In this document: positions 36,086-46,522 of the stretch, one piece after another
Numbering within the stretch: the first letter of the stretch is position 1
Layout: each line of letters opens with the position of its first letter
IMG/VR virus record: IMGVR_UViG_3300026382_000009
Location: 1 to 64,000 of that record
Source of the DNA: a virus
Length of the DNA stretch: 64,000 bases
Strand: one strand, 5' to 3'
Translations under genes and position numbers: made by a program
The notes under the pieces: generated by a model
Seen by the model: the letters and a program-made list of their open reading frames with translations, nothing else
What the model was told of the DNA's origin: nothing
Database searches by the model: none

Positions 36086-36469
36086 TTAAGACAAAATCTG
36101 TGGTTTTTTATAATAAATTACTGCAACTCTGATATCTATATCTCCAATGTTTGTTGAATCACCATTAGGAACAATATTTATTCTTACTTTCTTTTCATTT
36201 TCTTTAACTTCTAAAGGTATTCTATATTTTCCAACTAAAAGGTCTCTATTATACGTAATAATTTGAGAACCATCATCATATTGAATTGGATAAAAGTCAT
36301 CAAGTTTTTCATCAAATACGTCAAAAGATATATTAAAACTGTTTTCTGTTCCTTTGTTTTTATAATTTATGTAAATAATTAATTCTCTATGATGAGATTC
36401 AAACTCTTGTGATGCCCTTGAAGAATATTCACCAACTAATTCACCAACATTATTATAAAACTTTATCAT
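36086..36469 (-). CDS. Hypothetical structural protein, paralog of 34713-35084
   Basis: IYINY..KG...FDV...LDDFYPIQY. Confidence 0.7.
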   Translation of the reverse strand: MIKFYNNVGELVGEYSSRASQEFESHHRELIIYINYKNKGTENSFNISFDVFDEKLDDFYPIQYDDGSQIITYNRDLLVGKYRIPLEVKENEKKVRINIVPNGDSTNIGDIDIRVAVIYYKKPQILS

Positions 36470-36527
36470 TTTAATCCTTTATAAATCCTTTTATTTATTT
36501 AATTTTTAAAAGAATTTATAAAGAACA

Positions 36528-36547
36528 AAGTCTCTTGAAAGAGACTT
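36528..36547 (-). terminator. Intrinsic terminator
   Basis: AAGTCTCT-TTCA-AGAGACTT then T-rich tail, at the stop of 36546-37190. Confidence 0.65.
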
Positions 36548-37190
36548 ATTGTCCAAATTTTTTAAATGGATTTATTAAAAATGTAAATGTATAACTGATA
36601 TGCTTTCCTATTACATCTGGTCCAACGTTCCAATTTTTCCAACCAATATTACATTTTAAACCATAATTTGTAAATGGATACTTCCATCTAAGTCTATACA
36701 TAGGATACATTTTATTATTTTCATCATAAACTTCTGTATATTCAAATCCTGTTTTATCAATTTTACTGTCTAAACAATTTTCATAATCATTATTGAATTT
36801 TTTTGTAGAACATTTTGAGTTTTTAAAAGCTTTTCTAAATCCTATATGTTTAATTACTATTCCATCAAAACCAAGTTTTAATCCAAGATTATGAACAGGA
36901 TTTCTTAGAACAGTCCATCTAAATCTTGTCCAAAAATTTCTTTCTCCATTAACATGTGAACGTAAGTAATAAATATCTCCATCTATTCCATCATCTTTAT
37001 TACCATAAATAGCATCTATCCATTTATCTTTAAATTTGTGATTAGGACGAGATGTTTCATTTCTTGGATTGTAATTTTCAATTCTGTTTAATAATAATGT
37101 TATTCCAACAATAAATGGAGAAAAAATAATAGCTATTAATTGAATAGAAAAAGTTAATAATATTCTAATGATATTTTTTATATGTTTCAT
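36546..37190 (-). CDS. Phage protein with N-terminal TM segment
   Basis: GNKDDGIDGD, WTVLRNP, NIGWK motifs. Confidence 0.6.
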   Translation of the reverse strand: MKHIKNIIRILLTFSIQLIAIIFSPFIVGITLLLNRIENYNPRNETSRPNHKFKDKWIDAIYGNKDDGIDGDIYYLRSHVNGERNFWTRFRWTVLRNPVHNLGLKLGFDGIVIKHIGFRKAFKNSKCSTKKFNNDYENCLDSKIDKTGFEYTEVYDENNKMYPMYRLRWKYPFTNYGLKCNIGWKNWNVGPDVIGKHISYTFTFLINPFKKFGQ

Positions 37191-37193
37191 TTA

Positions 37194-37676
37194 TTACTCC
37201 CATGTAATAGATTCAATTTCTTCAATAGTTTTTGCATTATCAAGTTGTTTTCTAAGTTCATTGTATTTGATAAATATTTCAGTTTGTGCTTGTCCAGCTC
37301 TTTGTAAAGCTTCTTTGAGTTCTGGTTTTGTTAATTCAATGATCTCATTATTATAATCAATCCAGCTAATAATTGTTGTATCATCTGGTAACCCATTAAT
37401 AGCTCTGTTCATCCTATCTTGTGATTTTTCATCGCCATTAAGTTCTTTTCTGTTATTTAATGTAATTTTTATAGCTGCTGTTAATTTTTTTCTAGTTGAT
37501 TTGAGAAAAGCTAGTTTACTAGTTTTGGCTTGTTTGAATAACTCTTGTTTTTGTAATTCACTAAATTCTTGCGGTGGATTGTTTTTATCATATTCTATAA
37601 AACCTTCAGGAACACTATACCCTGTCCCTTTAATTAATCTATTGTTTTCTATTTTATAAAAATATTTTAGTTTCAT
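37194..37676 (-). CDS. Tail fibre assembly chaperone (DUF4376-like)
   Basis: GDEKSQDRM, WIDYNN, LDNAKTIEEIESITW. Confidence 0.75.
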   Translation of the reverse strand: MKLKYFYKIENNRLIKGTGYSVPEGFIEYDKNNPPQEFSELQKQELFKQAKTSKLAFLKSTRKKLTAAIKITLNNRKELNGDEKSQDRMNRAINGLPDDTTIISWIDYNNEIIELTKPELKEALQRAGQAQTEIFIKYNELRKQLDNAKTIEEIESITWE

Positions 37677-38179
37677 TATTTTCCTCCTATAACTATAACA
37701 GAAAATTTTTCGTCAAAATAGCTACTATCGCTATGTATATACACAGAAAAACTATCTATTTGATTAAATTGCCAACCAGTGTTAATTTCCCAGTGAGAAC
37801 CCGGGGCAAACACAGTAACAGCAACAGCATAGTTATTATTGTTTAAACTATTTTTAAAATGAATATCATACTGCCCAACGTCAAGTTTAACTACACTATT
37901 TATATTATAACTTTCTAAAATTGTTCCATCCTTGTCAATAACAGCCCAAGCAGTAACTTGATTCTTAATCCAACTATCATCTTTCTTAATAATTTCTGTT
38001 CCAGTTGTTTTAACTAATTCACCTACTATATTCTCTACTTTGTCTGCAACTGTTTGATCTAATACATTTGTTAAATCTTTCTCAGCTTTCCTATTCTCTA
38101 AATCTAGTGTTGACGGTTGATATGGACCACCAACACCAACTTTTTTGATAGTGTTACCTTCTTTGATTAATCCAGGCAT
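37676..38179 (-). CDS. Short tail fibre tip/receptor-binding protein
   Basis: KAEKDLTNV, AWAVI..DGTILESYNINSV...GQYDIHF. Confidence 0.65.
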   Translation of the reverse strand: MPGLIKEGNTIKKVGVGGPYQPSTLDLENRKAEKDLTNVLDQTVADKVENIVGELVKTTGTEIIKKDDSWIKNQVTAWAVIDKDGTILESYNINSVVKLDVGQYDIHFKNSLNNNNYAVAVTVFAPGSHWEINTGWQFNQIDSFSVYIHSDSSYFDEKFSVIVIGGK

Positions 38180-38181
38180 TG

Positions 38182-38736
38182 TTATTCTCCTTTATCTTCT
38201 TTATAAATTAATTGACCATTATCTAAATCTATAACAGAATTTTTAAGTTTTTCAATATCAGTCTCGTTATTTATCTGAGTTTCAATAGACCATTTATTTT
38301 TGTATAATTGTTGTCCAGCTTGAATTATTTCTTTTTTCATTTCTACAAGTTGTGTTTTAGTAACTGTTGTAAAACTATTATCAGCTAATCTAAATTCTAC
38401 AGTATCTGTATCATTTTCTAAAATATCTAGTAAACCATTTATGTTAGTTAAAGCAACAATTCCAGCATCTATATCTTTATCAATTGTTTTACTATGTATT
38501 ACTGATTTTGTTTTTCTTTTTTCAAATTCTGTTTTTAAAATTTTTAAAAGTTTATTTTTAAAATATTCTAATCTTTCTTTTTCTGTAAAGGCTGGTTCAG
38601 GAGTATTACCTTCTTCTAGCCATTTTTTGATTTCTTGATAATGTCTGTTACCTGTTTCTAATGGAACAAAAATTCCATCAAGATAATAACCTTTAAGTTC
38701 ATTTGTTTCAATGTCTCTTATTTCTTTTACTTTCAT
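38182..38736 (-). CDS. Tail fibre assembly chaperone (DUF4376-like)
   Basis: GNRHYQEIKKWLEEGNTPEPA, FRLADNS, LYKNKWSIE. Confidence 0.75.
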   Translation of the reverse strand: MKVKEIRDIETNELKGYYLDGIFVPLETGNRHYQEIKKWLEEGNTPEPAFTEKERLEYFKNKLLKILKTEFEKRKTKSVIHSKTIDKDIDAGIVALTNINGLLDILENDTDTVEFRLADNSFTTVTKTQLVEMKKEIIQAGQQLYKNKWSIETQINNETDIEKLKNSVIDLDNGQLIYKEDKGE

Positions 38737-38751
38737 GTTTTCCCCTTTTTT

Positions 38752-39777
38752 TTATAATTCAGCATCTAATTCTACAGTCACTGTTCCCATTGCGTCATTT
38801 GTAGATTTAGGAAAAAAGTTGCTATTACCAATAAGTGTATGTGTTTTGTTGGGTAAATAAAATTTAGTAAAACTTGTTATTATTTCAATTGGAATATCTT
38901 TTTTATCTTCATTGTCATAAGAGTAATAACTCATTCTTCCTATTGCACCAGTTTCTGGAGAAATTAATTTTATTGATGGTGTAATTCTTTTTTCTTTATA
39001 TGAAATTACGCCAAATGTATCATCTGGTCCTACAGATTTCAAAATAGTTGTTGTAAATTTTTCATAATATCTTTTACATCTTTCTAATTGAACATCGTAT
39101 GGGACATATTCAAAACCAGTAGCTACAGATCCTTCTTCTAATTGAATATCTTTCAAATAAATTGTTGGTGTTGAAGTATCAGGAACTATATGTCTAATAA
39201 CTATCTCTAACCAAGAATTTTCTGGCTCATAAGTTGGATTACCATCTTCTTCAAATGTTGGCACTTTAAAACTTATTTCATAACGGTTAAACTCAGTATT
39301 TGTAAAAAAATTATTCAAATATATTATTTTGGACGCAGTTTTTAATTCACTGTCTGAACTATTATATTTTCTTGTTATCCAAATTTCTAAATCTTTACCA
39401 TTTCCATCAGATTTATAGTCAAAAGACAGTGTTAATTCTTTACCAGAATATAAATGTAAAAATTCCAATCTCTGTCTATAATCAACATATGCATGAACAC
39501 TCTCACTACCATCATTATAATTGTTAGTCATTTTTATTTTTAAACTAGCACTGTAATTATTTTCCACATGTTTACTGTATGTAGCGGCACAACCAAAAAT
39601 TTGTGCAATAGCCCTATCTGCTGTATATTCTTTTTCTAATGGAACATCTTTAGATTTGGTATCAAAAGAAAAGCTTTCTCCTCTCTGCCAAATACTAAAA
39701 TCACCATTAATAATTTTATTTTTAAAATTACATTGTGTATCAGGGTAATTTGATATTACCGTAATTTTATCAGACAT
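38752..39777 (-). CDS. Tail fibre protein with carbohydrate-binding module
   Basis: KNKIINGDFSIWQRG, QLEEGSVATGFE...LERCKRYYE, ELDAEL. Confidence 0.8.
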   Translation of the reverse strand: MSDKITVISNYPDTQCNFKNKIINGDFSIWQRGESFSFDTKSKDVPLEKEYTADRAIAQIFGCAATYSKHVENNYSASLKIKMTNNYNDGSESVHAYVDYRQRLEFLHLYSGKELTLSFDYKSDGNGKDLEIWITRKYNSSDSELKTASKIIYLNNFFTNTEFNRYEISFKVPTFEEDGNPTYEPENSWLEIVIRHIVPDTSTPTIYLKDIQLEEGSVATGFEYVPYDVQLERCKRYYEKFTTTILKSVGPDDTFGVISYKEKRITPSIKLISPETGAIGRMSYYSYDNEDKKDIPIEIITSFTKFYLPNKTHTLIGNSNFFPKSTNDAMGTVTVELDAEL

Positions 39778-39797
39778 TAAACATCCTTTTTGTCAAA

Positions 39798-40157
39798 TTA
39801 TATTCTCAAATCTTCTATAACTTTCAAAAGTTCATCAAATGTTTTACACATATTAATTTTTTCTTCAATTTCATTACTTTTCTCTCTTATAACTTTTCTT
39901 TGTGATAAAATATCTGCATATTTTTCTTTTGTTGATGTAACATCACCTCCCTCAATTTGAATTTCAGATATTTTTGAAATAACCCAATCTGTTTTTTTAA
40001 GCTGTCTTTCTGCATCCCATTTAACCGTATCTATGGCTACTTTTCTTAATTCTTCTAAATCTGTAGGAATATTCCAAATTTTATTTCCTTTTTCATTTAT
40101 AAAAAAAGGATCTATATTTGAATAAACTAAATCACCAATTTTTATTTGTTTAATCAT
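39798..40157 (-). CDS. Tail fibre chaperone
   Basis: LKKTDW...RKVIREKSNEIEEKI pattern; follows a fibre gene. Confidence 0.6.
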   Translation of the reverse strand: MIKQIKIGDLVYSNIDPFFINEKGNKIWNIPTDLEELRKVAIDTVKWDAERQLKKTDWVISKISEIQIEGGDVTSTKEKYADILSQRKVIREKSNEIEEKINMCKTFDELLKVIEDLRI

Positions 40158-40167
40158 TTATTTATCC

Positions 40168-41019
40168 TTATGAACTAAAATTTATATTTGAAAGTAAATT
40201 AATAGGATTTCCACTTCCTGAATCTCTAACAATACCATAAAGTAAATCTGAATAAGATAATGATGATCCATCTCGTTTAGTTCCTAGAAAATAATGTGTG
40301 AGTGAAACTCTAAAAGTTCCTGCATCTAATCCAATTAAAAAGCTATCTCTGTTTTTTCCATTGAATAAAACACTATATTCTTCGTTATAATGATCATTTT
40401 TATAATAATGAATTAAATCATATATTTGTCTATCTGAAGCTTTTACAAATGGTGTATCTCCAATTTTTACTGTGCATTCTTCCAAAGTTATTTGTCCACC
40501 TGTTGTTCCTCCCCATCTTAAAAAAAATCCAACTCTATGCGAAATAGGTAATGAATTATCAACAAAATCACCTGTTTGAAATGTTACATACCATGCATAA
40601 AATGCTGCATTTTGTAAAATTATTCCATTTGTAGCATTATAGTCTTTACCATGATAATTGTATACATAACATCTATTTCTAATTACTGGCTTAGCTGTTG
40701 TATCAGTTTCATTACCAAATATTCTAATAAGTTTATTTTTCACATAAATATCATTATCAATTACAAAATCTTCACTACCTCTTAAAATAATTTTACCATA
40801 TCCACCAACAGGGATACTATTAATAGCTTTTTCAATAGTTTTAAATGGTTTATCTTTACTACCATCATTGGTATCATCACCATTCCCAGCGTCTACATAA
40901 AATATTTTTTCTAAATTTTCAGCGAAAGGTAATCCTCTAATTAAATCTGCATCTATTCCACTTCCAGCTCCATCTATTTCTTTTACTTGATTTCTGAAGA
41001 AATCACTAAATTTTGCCAT
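40168..41019 (-). CDS. Tail fibre/receptor-binding protein (beta-helix-like)
   Basis: GSGIDADLIRG, FYVDAGNGDDTNDGS..KPFKTIEKAI. Confidence 0.75.
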   Translation of the reverse strand: MAKFSDFFRNQVKEIDGAGSGIDADLIRGLPFAENLEKIFYVDAGNGDDTNDGSKDKPFKTIEKAINSIPVGGYGKIILRGSEDFVIDNDIYVKNKLIRIFGNETDTTAKPVIRNRCYVYNYHGKDYNATNGIILQNAAFYAWYVTFQTGDFVDNSLPISHRVGFFLRWGGTTGGQITLEECTVKIGDTPFVKASDRQIYDLIHYYKNDHYNEEYSVLFNGKNRDSFLIGLDAGTFRVSLTHYFLGTKRDGSSLSYSDLLYGIVRDSGSGNPINLLSNINFSS

Positions 41020-42179
41020 TATACAACCCTCCAGTCATTATGCAATGCATTGTAAATAAATTTATATTCTTTATTTTCTAAATCTAAAACAATATTTGTA
41101 TCACCCATAATTGTTTCACTTCCACCAGGTTTCACTGTTAAATTATTTGTATTAAAAGTTCCTTTTACATCATTAATATAAATAGTATCACCATTCTTTG
41201 GACTTGCAGGTAAAGTAACAGTAAATGAACCACCACTCGTATCAGCAAATATATAATCACCGTTAACAGCATTATAATCAGAATTTTTATCTCTATAATT
41301 AAACTGTAATACTAAAGCATTTGCTATATGATTTTGATCAATAAATACATATCCATAATATTGTTTAAATTCTATAATATCATTTTTATTTAAGTCAATT
41401 AACCATTTAATATGTGTATTATCTTCTTCTGAAAAATGTTCACCATTGATTAACTTTACTCCATTCCTATAAACTTCAAGTGATTTTCCATCAGGATTGT
41501 AAACTCTGTCATGTGGTAATTCATAAACAGTTCCAGCAGGTATATCAGAAGTCAAAGTTACAAATTCATCAAATGCTACAACATTTGTCCCTTGAAATCC
41601 CTGCAAGTCAAAAAGAACACCATAACCATAAACAATTGTTTCATCAGATAATGAAGTAAATTTAATTCTGAAATCTGATGTTTTAGAATCCAAATAAATT
41701 CTATACGGTTCATCTACTTTTATCCATGTTGTTCCACCATCTACACTATATTCTATTTTATATTTAGAAGTATCTTGAGGCGTATTTACAAATATTTCGA
41801 ATGCTGAATAACTTCCACCATCAAGTATAATATTACCTGTTTCAAAATACTGATCAGTATTATAAACAAATCTTTTATTAACAGAATCATAAGTTCCATT
41901 GTTAAAAACTAATGATGGTTCAGGATTAATAGAATTAAATACAGAATAAGTTTCTTGAGCAAAATCACTTGATGCTAAAAGAATTTCATAAATAGATGCA
42001 TCATCACCACCTAAGCCACCTATAGGAACAACTTCTTCAGAACCATTGACAGGATTTAATCTTTTTGTGTAAATAGTTTGATCAGCTAAATTTACAGCTA
42101 ACTCTCCAACTTCAAGTTCATTTTTGTCAGGTATTAATCCTGGTGTATTACTTCTTTTTATCAAAAATTTTATAGCCAT
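41019..42179 (-). CDS. Tail fibre proximal/hinge protein
   Basis: IKRSNTPG..P...L..GELAVNLAD..IYTK, DTSGGSFTVTLPASP. Confidence 0.8.
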   Translation of the reverse strand: MAIKFLIKRSNTPGLIPDKNELEVGELAVNLADQTIYTKRLNPVNGSEEVVPIGGLGGDDASIYEILLASSDFAQETYSVFNSINPEPSLVFNNGTYDSVNKRFVYNTDQYFETGNIILDGGSYSAFEIFVNTPQDTSKYKIEYSVDGGTTWIKVDEPYRIYLDSKTSDFRIKFTSLSDETIVYGYGVLFDLQGFQGTNVVAFDEFVTLTSDIPAGTVYELPHDRVYNPDGKSLEVYRNGVKLINGEHFSEEDNTHIKWLIDLNKNDIIEFKQYYGYVFIDQNHIANALVLQFNYRDKNSDYNAVNGDYIFADTSGGSFTVTLPASPKNGDTIYINDVKGTFNTNNLTVKPGGSETIMGDTNIVLDLENKEYKFIYNALHNDWRVV

Positions 42180-42189
42180 TCAAGTCTCC

Positions 42190-42789
42190 TTATTTACCTG
42201 TAAAAGTGCCAGCATCTAATGTGTCTATAAAAATTAAACCATCTTCTGTGTCATTTACTATTACAAGTTTTCCCGCATGACCAGAATAACTTGAAGGTGT
42301 ATCCTCAATTTCAATAAATTTTTCTATATTAACTTTAAACCATAAAGGATTTTCAGGATCATTACTTCTTTGTACGTATAATCTTAATTCTTTTGTATTT
42401 AACCAATGTGTTCCCGGATTATAACCTGTATCACTAGAAGTAGGATCAGTTTCAGATAATTTTAAAGAACCACCTACACCATTCCAAACTTTCCACCAGT
42501 TTGTATCTGATAATTCATGACCTTTGTTATTATCTTTTAAAGATTTGTATAAAGTATCAGAATTAGGATCTTTTACTATATCACCTTTAGAATAAACTTT
42601 GTTTTTATCATATATTTCAGGATTTCCTAAAAGAGCATTTATATTTCCCCAATTTAATTCAACTCTATCTCTTAATTTTAAAACATTTTCTTGTATTTGT
42701 ATTAAAGGTCTATTAGTGACTGGAGCATTTATTTTTTCACCATCTATAATATATTGAGGAACAACGTATGGTAAATTTATTTGTGGCAT
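42190..42789 (-). CDS. Baseplate/tail-fibre attachment protein
   Basis: NRPL, YDKNKVYSKGDIV, DTPSSYSGHAGK, LDAGTF. Confidence 0.65.
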   Translation of the reverse strand: MPQINLPYVVPQYIIDGEKINAPVTNRPLIQIQENVLKLRDRVELNWGNINALLGNPEIYDKNKVYSKGDIVKDPNSDTLYKSLKDNNKGHELSDTNWWKVWNGVGGSLKLSETDPTSSDTGYNPGTHWLNTKELRLYVQRSNDPENPLWFKVNIEKFIEIEDTPSSYSGHAGKLVIVNDTEDGLIFIDTLDAGTFTGK

Positions 42790-42798
42790 TATTTCTCC

Positions 42799-43311
42799 TT
42801 AAAAACTTAATATGTAGTCTATTTCAATTCGTGTTTCATTGTCTTTGATAATTGGTTTAACTTTTCGTGTCCAAATATTATCATTTTTATCAGCTAATCC
42901 AAATTCACACCAAAGTTTCCTGTTAAAATCGGGATTAGTGTTATCATTAGCTTCATTTTCTGTTATTACAAAAGAAAATTTAATTGCCGGATAACCATTT
43001 TCATCTGTTATTTTAATTTTTGATTTGTATTCTTTACTGAAAAATGTATTGATTAAATCAGTATCTGAAGCTTTAGGTTGTTCTAAATTTGAACAATCAC
43101 TTGATAAAGTTTTATTCATATCACCAATTTTTAATTTGGTGATTAAATTATCTGTGTCACCAAATGCAAGATTTCTTACAAATTCTCTTGATTGAATAAC
43201 AACTATATTTTCATCAGAAAATTGATCTACTAATTTTCCTTTTTTATAAATACGAAAAATTAATGTTCCTTTCATATCAATAGAAAAATTTTTTTCGTCT
43301 TTTATTTGCAT
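42799..43311 (-). CDS. Baseplate protein
   Basis: NIVV...EAN...EFGL...TRKV..I.K pattern of myophage baseplate proteins. Confidence 0.65.
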   Translation of the reverse strand: MQIKDEKNFSIDMKGTLIFRIYKKGKLVDQFSDENIVVIQSREFVRNLAFGDTDNLITKLKIGDMNKTLSSDCSNLEQPKASDTDLINTFFSKEYKSKIKITDENGYPAIKFSFVITENEANDNTNPDFNRKLWCEFGLADKNDNIWTRKVKPIIKDNETRIEIDYILSF

Positions 43312-44208
43312 TTATACCTCCAATGTTTCTGTATAAGTGAATGTTTCATCACCATAATGAATATCTAAATCAATATTGTAAAAAGTATTTTTAACTGGAT
43401 CACCATAAACTAAATCATTACGTCCATAAACTAAATTGAAAGTTCTTGTTATGCTTATAGTAGCTTTGTCATTCATTTCTAAAGGACCATATCCATATGT
43501 TAATCCACTTCCATATGTTAAATCGCTACCATAAGCTAATAAAGAATAATCTTTAACATTTTGTGTTAATAAAGCTTTAAAAGTAGTATATAAAGTATAA
43601 TTATATCTGTCAATAAATAGAAGTCTTATTTTCATATATTGTAGAGCTGTGCAAAAATATAATCTGTTTTCCAAGATTTTCTTTAGAACTTCTTTAGTTT
43701 TGGTCAAATCTACAATACCTTCTAATTTATCTACATTAATATTAGCTTCTGCTCCTATGTTACAATCTTTTAATCCTCCAATATTTTCACCGTAATGATA
43801 ATCATTTCCATAAAATAAATTTTCTTGTCCATAAAAAATTGTTGTTCCATCTGATTCTATTATAGATAAATCTATTCCAGCGATCTTAGTTAGATATAAC
43901 AAATCTGTTAAAGTTCCTTTAAATGTAAATAACGATTTTAAAAATTCTATTGATATTTTTTCTGTTTTTATACCAGGTAATGTATTTATAATTTGTTCTA
44001 AATCTAATTGTTTTAATGTTTCATCTAAATCTTCGCCTATAATAGAAGGTTTTTTATACAAAAATTTAGATAATAATGCTGCAGTTGTATTTGTTAAATT
44101 AGGATTTATATTTTCTAGTAACTCTTTTTCTGCATCTGTATCTTTTAAAATATCTTTAAATTGTTCAGGAACCAATTTAAAAATGTCATCATTCTGTGGC
44201 AAAGGCAT
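43312..44208 (-). CDS. Baseplate wedge protein (gp7/P2 I-like)
   Basis: FKGTLTDL; follows gp6-like gene; YG repeats. Confidence 0.6.
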   Translation of the reverse strand: MPLPQNDDIFKLVPEQFKDILKDTDAEKELLENINPNLTNTTAALLSKFLYKKPSIIGEDLDETLKQLDLEQIINTLPGIKTEKISIEFLKSLFTFKGTLTDLLYLTKIAGIDLSIIESDGTTIFYGQENLFYGNDYHYGENIGGLKDCNIGAEANINVDKLEGIVDLTKTKEVLKKILENRLYFCTALQYMKIRLLFIDRYNYTLYTTFKALLTQNVKDYSLLAYGSDLTYGSGLTYGYGPLEMNDKATISITRTFNLVYGRNDLVYGDPVKNTFYNIDLDIHYGDETFTYTETLEV

Positions 44209-44209
44209 T

Positions 44210-45862
44210 TTAATCTCCTGGTTCTAAATACTCAATTTCCAAATTAAATTTATAATATGTATCCGGTTTAGCTTTTAAATTAAATGTGTCTTGATTAGGC
44301 AATACATAATCAATAGGCTGAATAATGTTATTATTTTCATCTAAAATTGTTATTTGTGCAATTTTTGATAACATTTCACCATAATAAAAAGGTTTATTTA
44401 AAACAAGTTCATATTCATTAATAATTTTCCTTATTTTATCTGTTACAACAGATTGATAATTAGGATTAACTAAGCTAATTTTTAATTTTATTGTATAATC
44501 TTCTTTTTTAGCTGGTTGTAAAATAATTTGTGTTCCAACAAGTTTATATTGTTTTATATATTTTGATAATTCTAATTGTTCGCTTCCTGAAAGCATTATA
44601 GGCTCATCAATTACATTATATTTAATATAATAACAATTCAAAGAACAACATGGAGCTTTAACAAATGGTTGTATCACAGAATTAACTAAATTATCTGAAA
44701 CTTCAATTTTAAATTCACAAACATCAGTGTTATTTTGTTTAATTTCTATAAATTCTGGTTTTAATTCTATCATTATGTTAGAATCATTTTTTAAAGTTTC
44801 ATATAATTTATTTAAAACACTTTCATAAGTGTCACTTTCATCACTTTTGACAGTATAAGTATTATTTTGAATAGTAATAGTATATGTTTGATTAGTTATT
44901 TTATCATCTTGTGGATATAAATTTGAAATATATGGCTTAGATTTTATTTTTTCTACCGCACAATCTTTGATTAATTCATGTGCCTTTATAATATATTCAT
45001 GATCTTCTTTTGTTACCATTCTTCTCAAAGAGCTAAAATATAATGGAGCTAAAAATCTAACTTTTTCAATATTATCTCCATTAGTTCCAAATGTAGATAT
45101 TTCTATTGGTATAACTCTTTCATCTAATTGTAAATCTTGTAATTTTACATCTAATTTTCCATCTGTTTCTACCCAAGTATATTTTAATGTATCATTTTCT
45201 AATAAATCCAATCCATAATAATTTTGTTTATCCATAACAAAAAGATTTAAAGATGTAAAATCAATTGATAAATCAACTGGTTTTCTAAAAATAACATAAT
45301 CTTCTATATTATGGCTTATGTCTTTTTGAATATTATTAACATACAAATGAACAGCATTGTTGTCTATTGATTTTAAAAAGAAAGGTTTTAATTCTTTGAC
45401 AATATATTCTGATGTTACTTTTTCTTCAAAAGAATTAAATTTACCTATATATAAATCAAATTCATCACCTGCTTCGTATTTTTTTGTTGGACCAAAATAG
45501 AAAATATCATAATCTCCGTATGAACCAAATTTTTCACCATCACCAAGTAATAATGTTTTTTCTGTTTGAAGTTTAACTTTAACACGTGGAGCTGTAAATC
45601 TGTTTAATCTATAACCTAATAAACGTGCTAATCTAATAATAGAACTATCTAATTGAGCTTCTTGAATATAATTTTCATTTCTCCAAGCTCTATATTTGTA
45701 TGTTTCATATGTTCCAAAAGAAGCTATTAGATTTAGTAATAAATCTAATGTAGATGCATCTATATTATCTTGTATTATATCCCAATTGGATAATGATTTT
45801 AGATAATTGTATAAATCTTCTTTTATTTTTTGTTGAGATATACTTTGTAAATTTACAGCCAT
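44210..45862 (-). CDS. Baseplate wedge protein (gp6-like)
   Basis: ENYIQEAQLDSSIIRLARLLGY, APLYFSSLRRMVTKEDH. Confidence 0.85.
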   Translation of the reverse strand: MAVNLQSISQQKIKEDLYNYLKSLSNWDIIQDNIDASTLDLLLNLIASFGTYETYKYRAWRNENYIQEAQLDSSIIRLARLLGYRLNRFTAPRVKVKLQTEKTLLLGDGEKFGSYGDYDIFYFGPTKKYEAGDEFDLYIGKFNSFEEKVTSEYIVKELKPFFLKSIDNNAVHLYVNNIQKDISHNIEDYVIFRKPVDLSIDFTSLNLFVMDKQNYYGLDLLENDTLKYTWVETDGKLDVKLQDLQLDERVIPIEISTFGTNGDNIEKVRFLAPLYFSSLRRMVTKEDHEYIIKAHELIKDCAVEKIKSKPYISNLYPQDDKITNQTYTITIQNNTYTVKSDESDTYESVLNKLYETLKNDSNIMIELKPEFIEIKQNNTDVCEFKIEVSDNLVNSVIQPFVKAPCCSLNCYYIKYNVIDEPIMLSGSEQLELSKYIKQYKLVGTQIILQPAKKEDYTIKLKISLVNPNYQSVVTDKIRKIINEYELVLNKPFYYGEMLSKIAQITILDENNNIIQPIDYVLPNQDTFNLKAKPDTYYKFNLEIEYLEPGD

Positions 45863-45863
45863 T

Positions 45864-46223
45864 TTATTTTGCCTTCATTTTTAATGTTTTGTTATAATCT
45901 ATAATTTCTTGAATTTTATCTATTTTTATGGATAAATTTATATCATATTCTTGACTATCAGGATTAAAATCTACTGATATATTTTCTACAGTAACCATCG
46001 GTAACCATCTTGCTATAGCTCTTTCAATTTCTAATTCTATTTTTTTAGCAACTAAAAAAGAATATGGTTCAAACAAGTAATTTTCTAAATAAGTTCCAAA
46101 AGCTCTATTAAAAGGAACTTCACCAACTCTTATAGATAAAAGATTATCTAAATAATTTAATACAGCATTTTTATTATATAAATCTTTTCCATTTAAACTT
46201 ATATCTTGATATACAATCTTCAT
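45864..46223 (-). CDS. Baseplate wedge/sheath initiator (gp25-like)
   Basis: GEVPFNRAFGT...LFEP...IARWLP. Confidence 0.9.
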   Translation of the reverse strand: MKIVYQDISLNGKDLYNKNAVLNYLDNLLSIRVGEVPFNRAFGTYLENYLFEPYSFLVAKKIELEIERAIARWLPMVTVENISVDFNPDSQEYDINLSIKIDKIQEIIDYNKTLKMKAK

Positions 46224-46224
46224 T

Positions 46225-46515
46225 TTACGCCTTTACATTTGATGAACATCCTAATGCACTTCCACCACAACTTATTGGATCACCTATACGAGATATAGGG
46301 ATACCATTAGCTTTTACAGTCGGATTACCAACTGCTTGAACAGCCCCATGTGATTCTGGAATAGGACAACAACAATGTGGTGGATAAACATCTCCAATTC
46401 TAGCAACGGGAATATTATTAGCAAATACATTAGGACTTCCTGTAACAACAGGCCTTGGAGGCCAACAACCATGTCCTGTTCCTATATCACCTAATCTATG
46501 AACAAATGCTCCCAT
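46225..46515 (-). CDS. PAAR spike tip protein (gp5.4-like)
   Basis: GHGCWPP, GSPNVFAN.IPVARIGD, ISRIGDPISCG. Confidence 0.92.
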   Translation of the reverse strand: MGAFVHRLGDIGTGHGCWPPRPVVTGSPNVFANNIPVARIGDVYPPHCCCPIPESHGAVQAVGNPTVKANGIPISRIGDPISCGGSALGCSSNVKA

Positions 46516-46522
46516 TTTAACC

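Noticed and set aside
27022-42179. Diversity-generating retroelement or invertible tail-fibre shufflon
   Set aside because: No reverse transcriptase, recombinase, template/variable repeat pair or inverted cassette seen in this window
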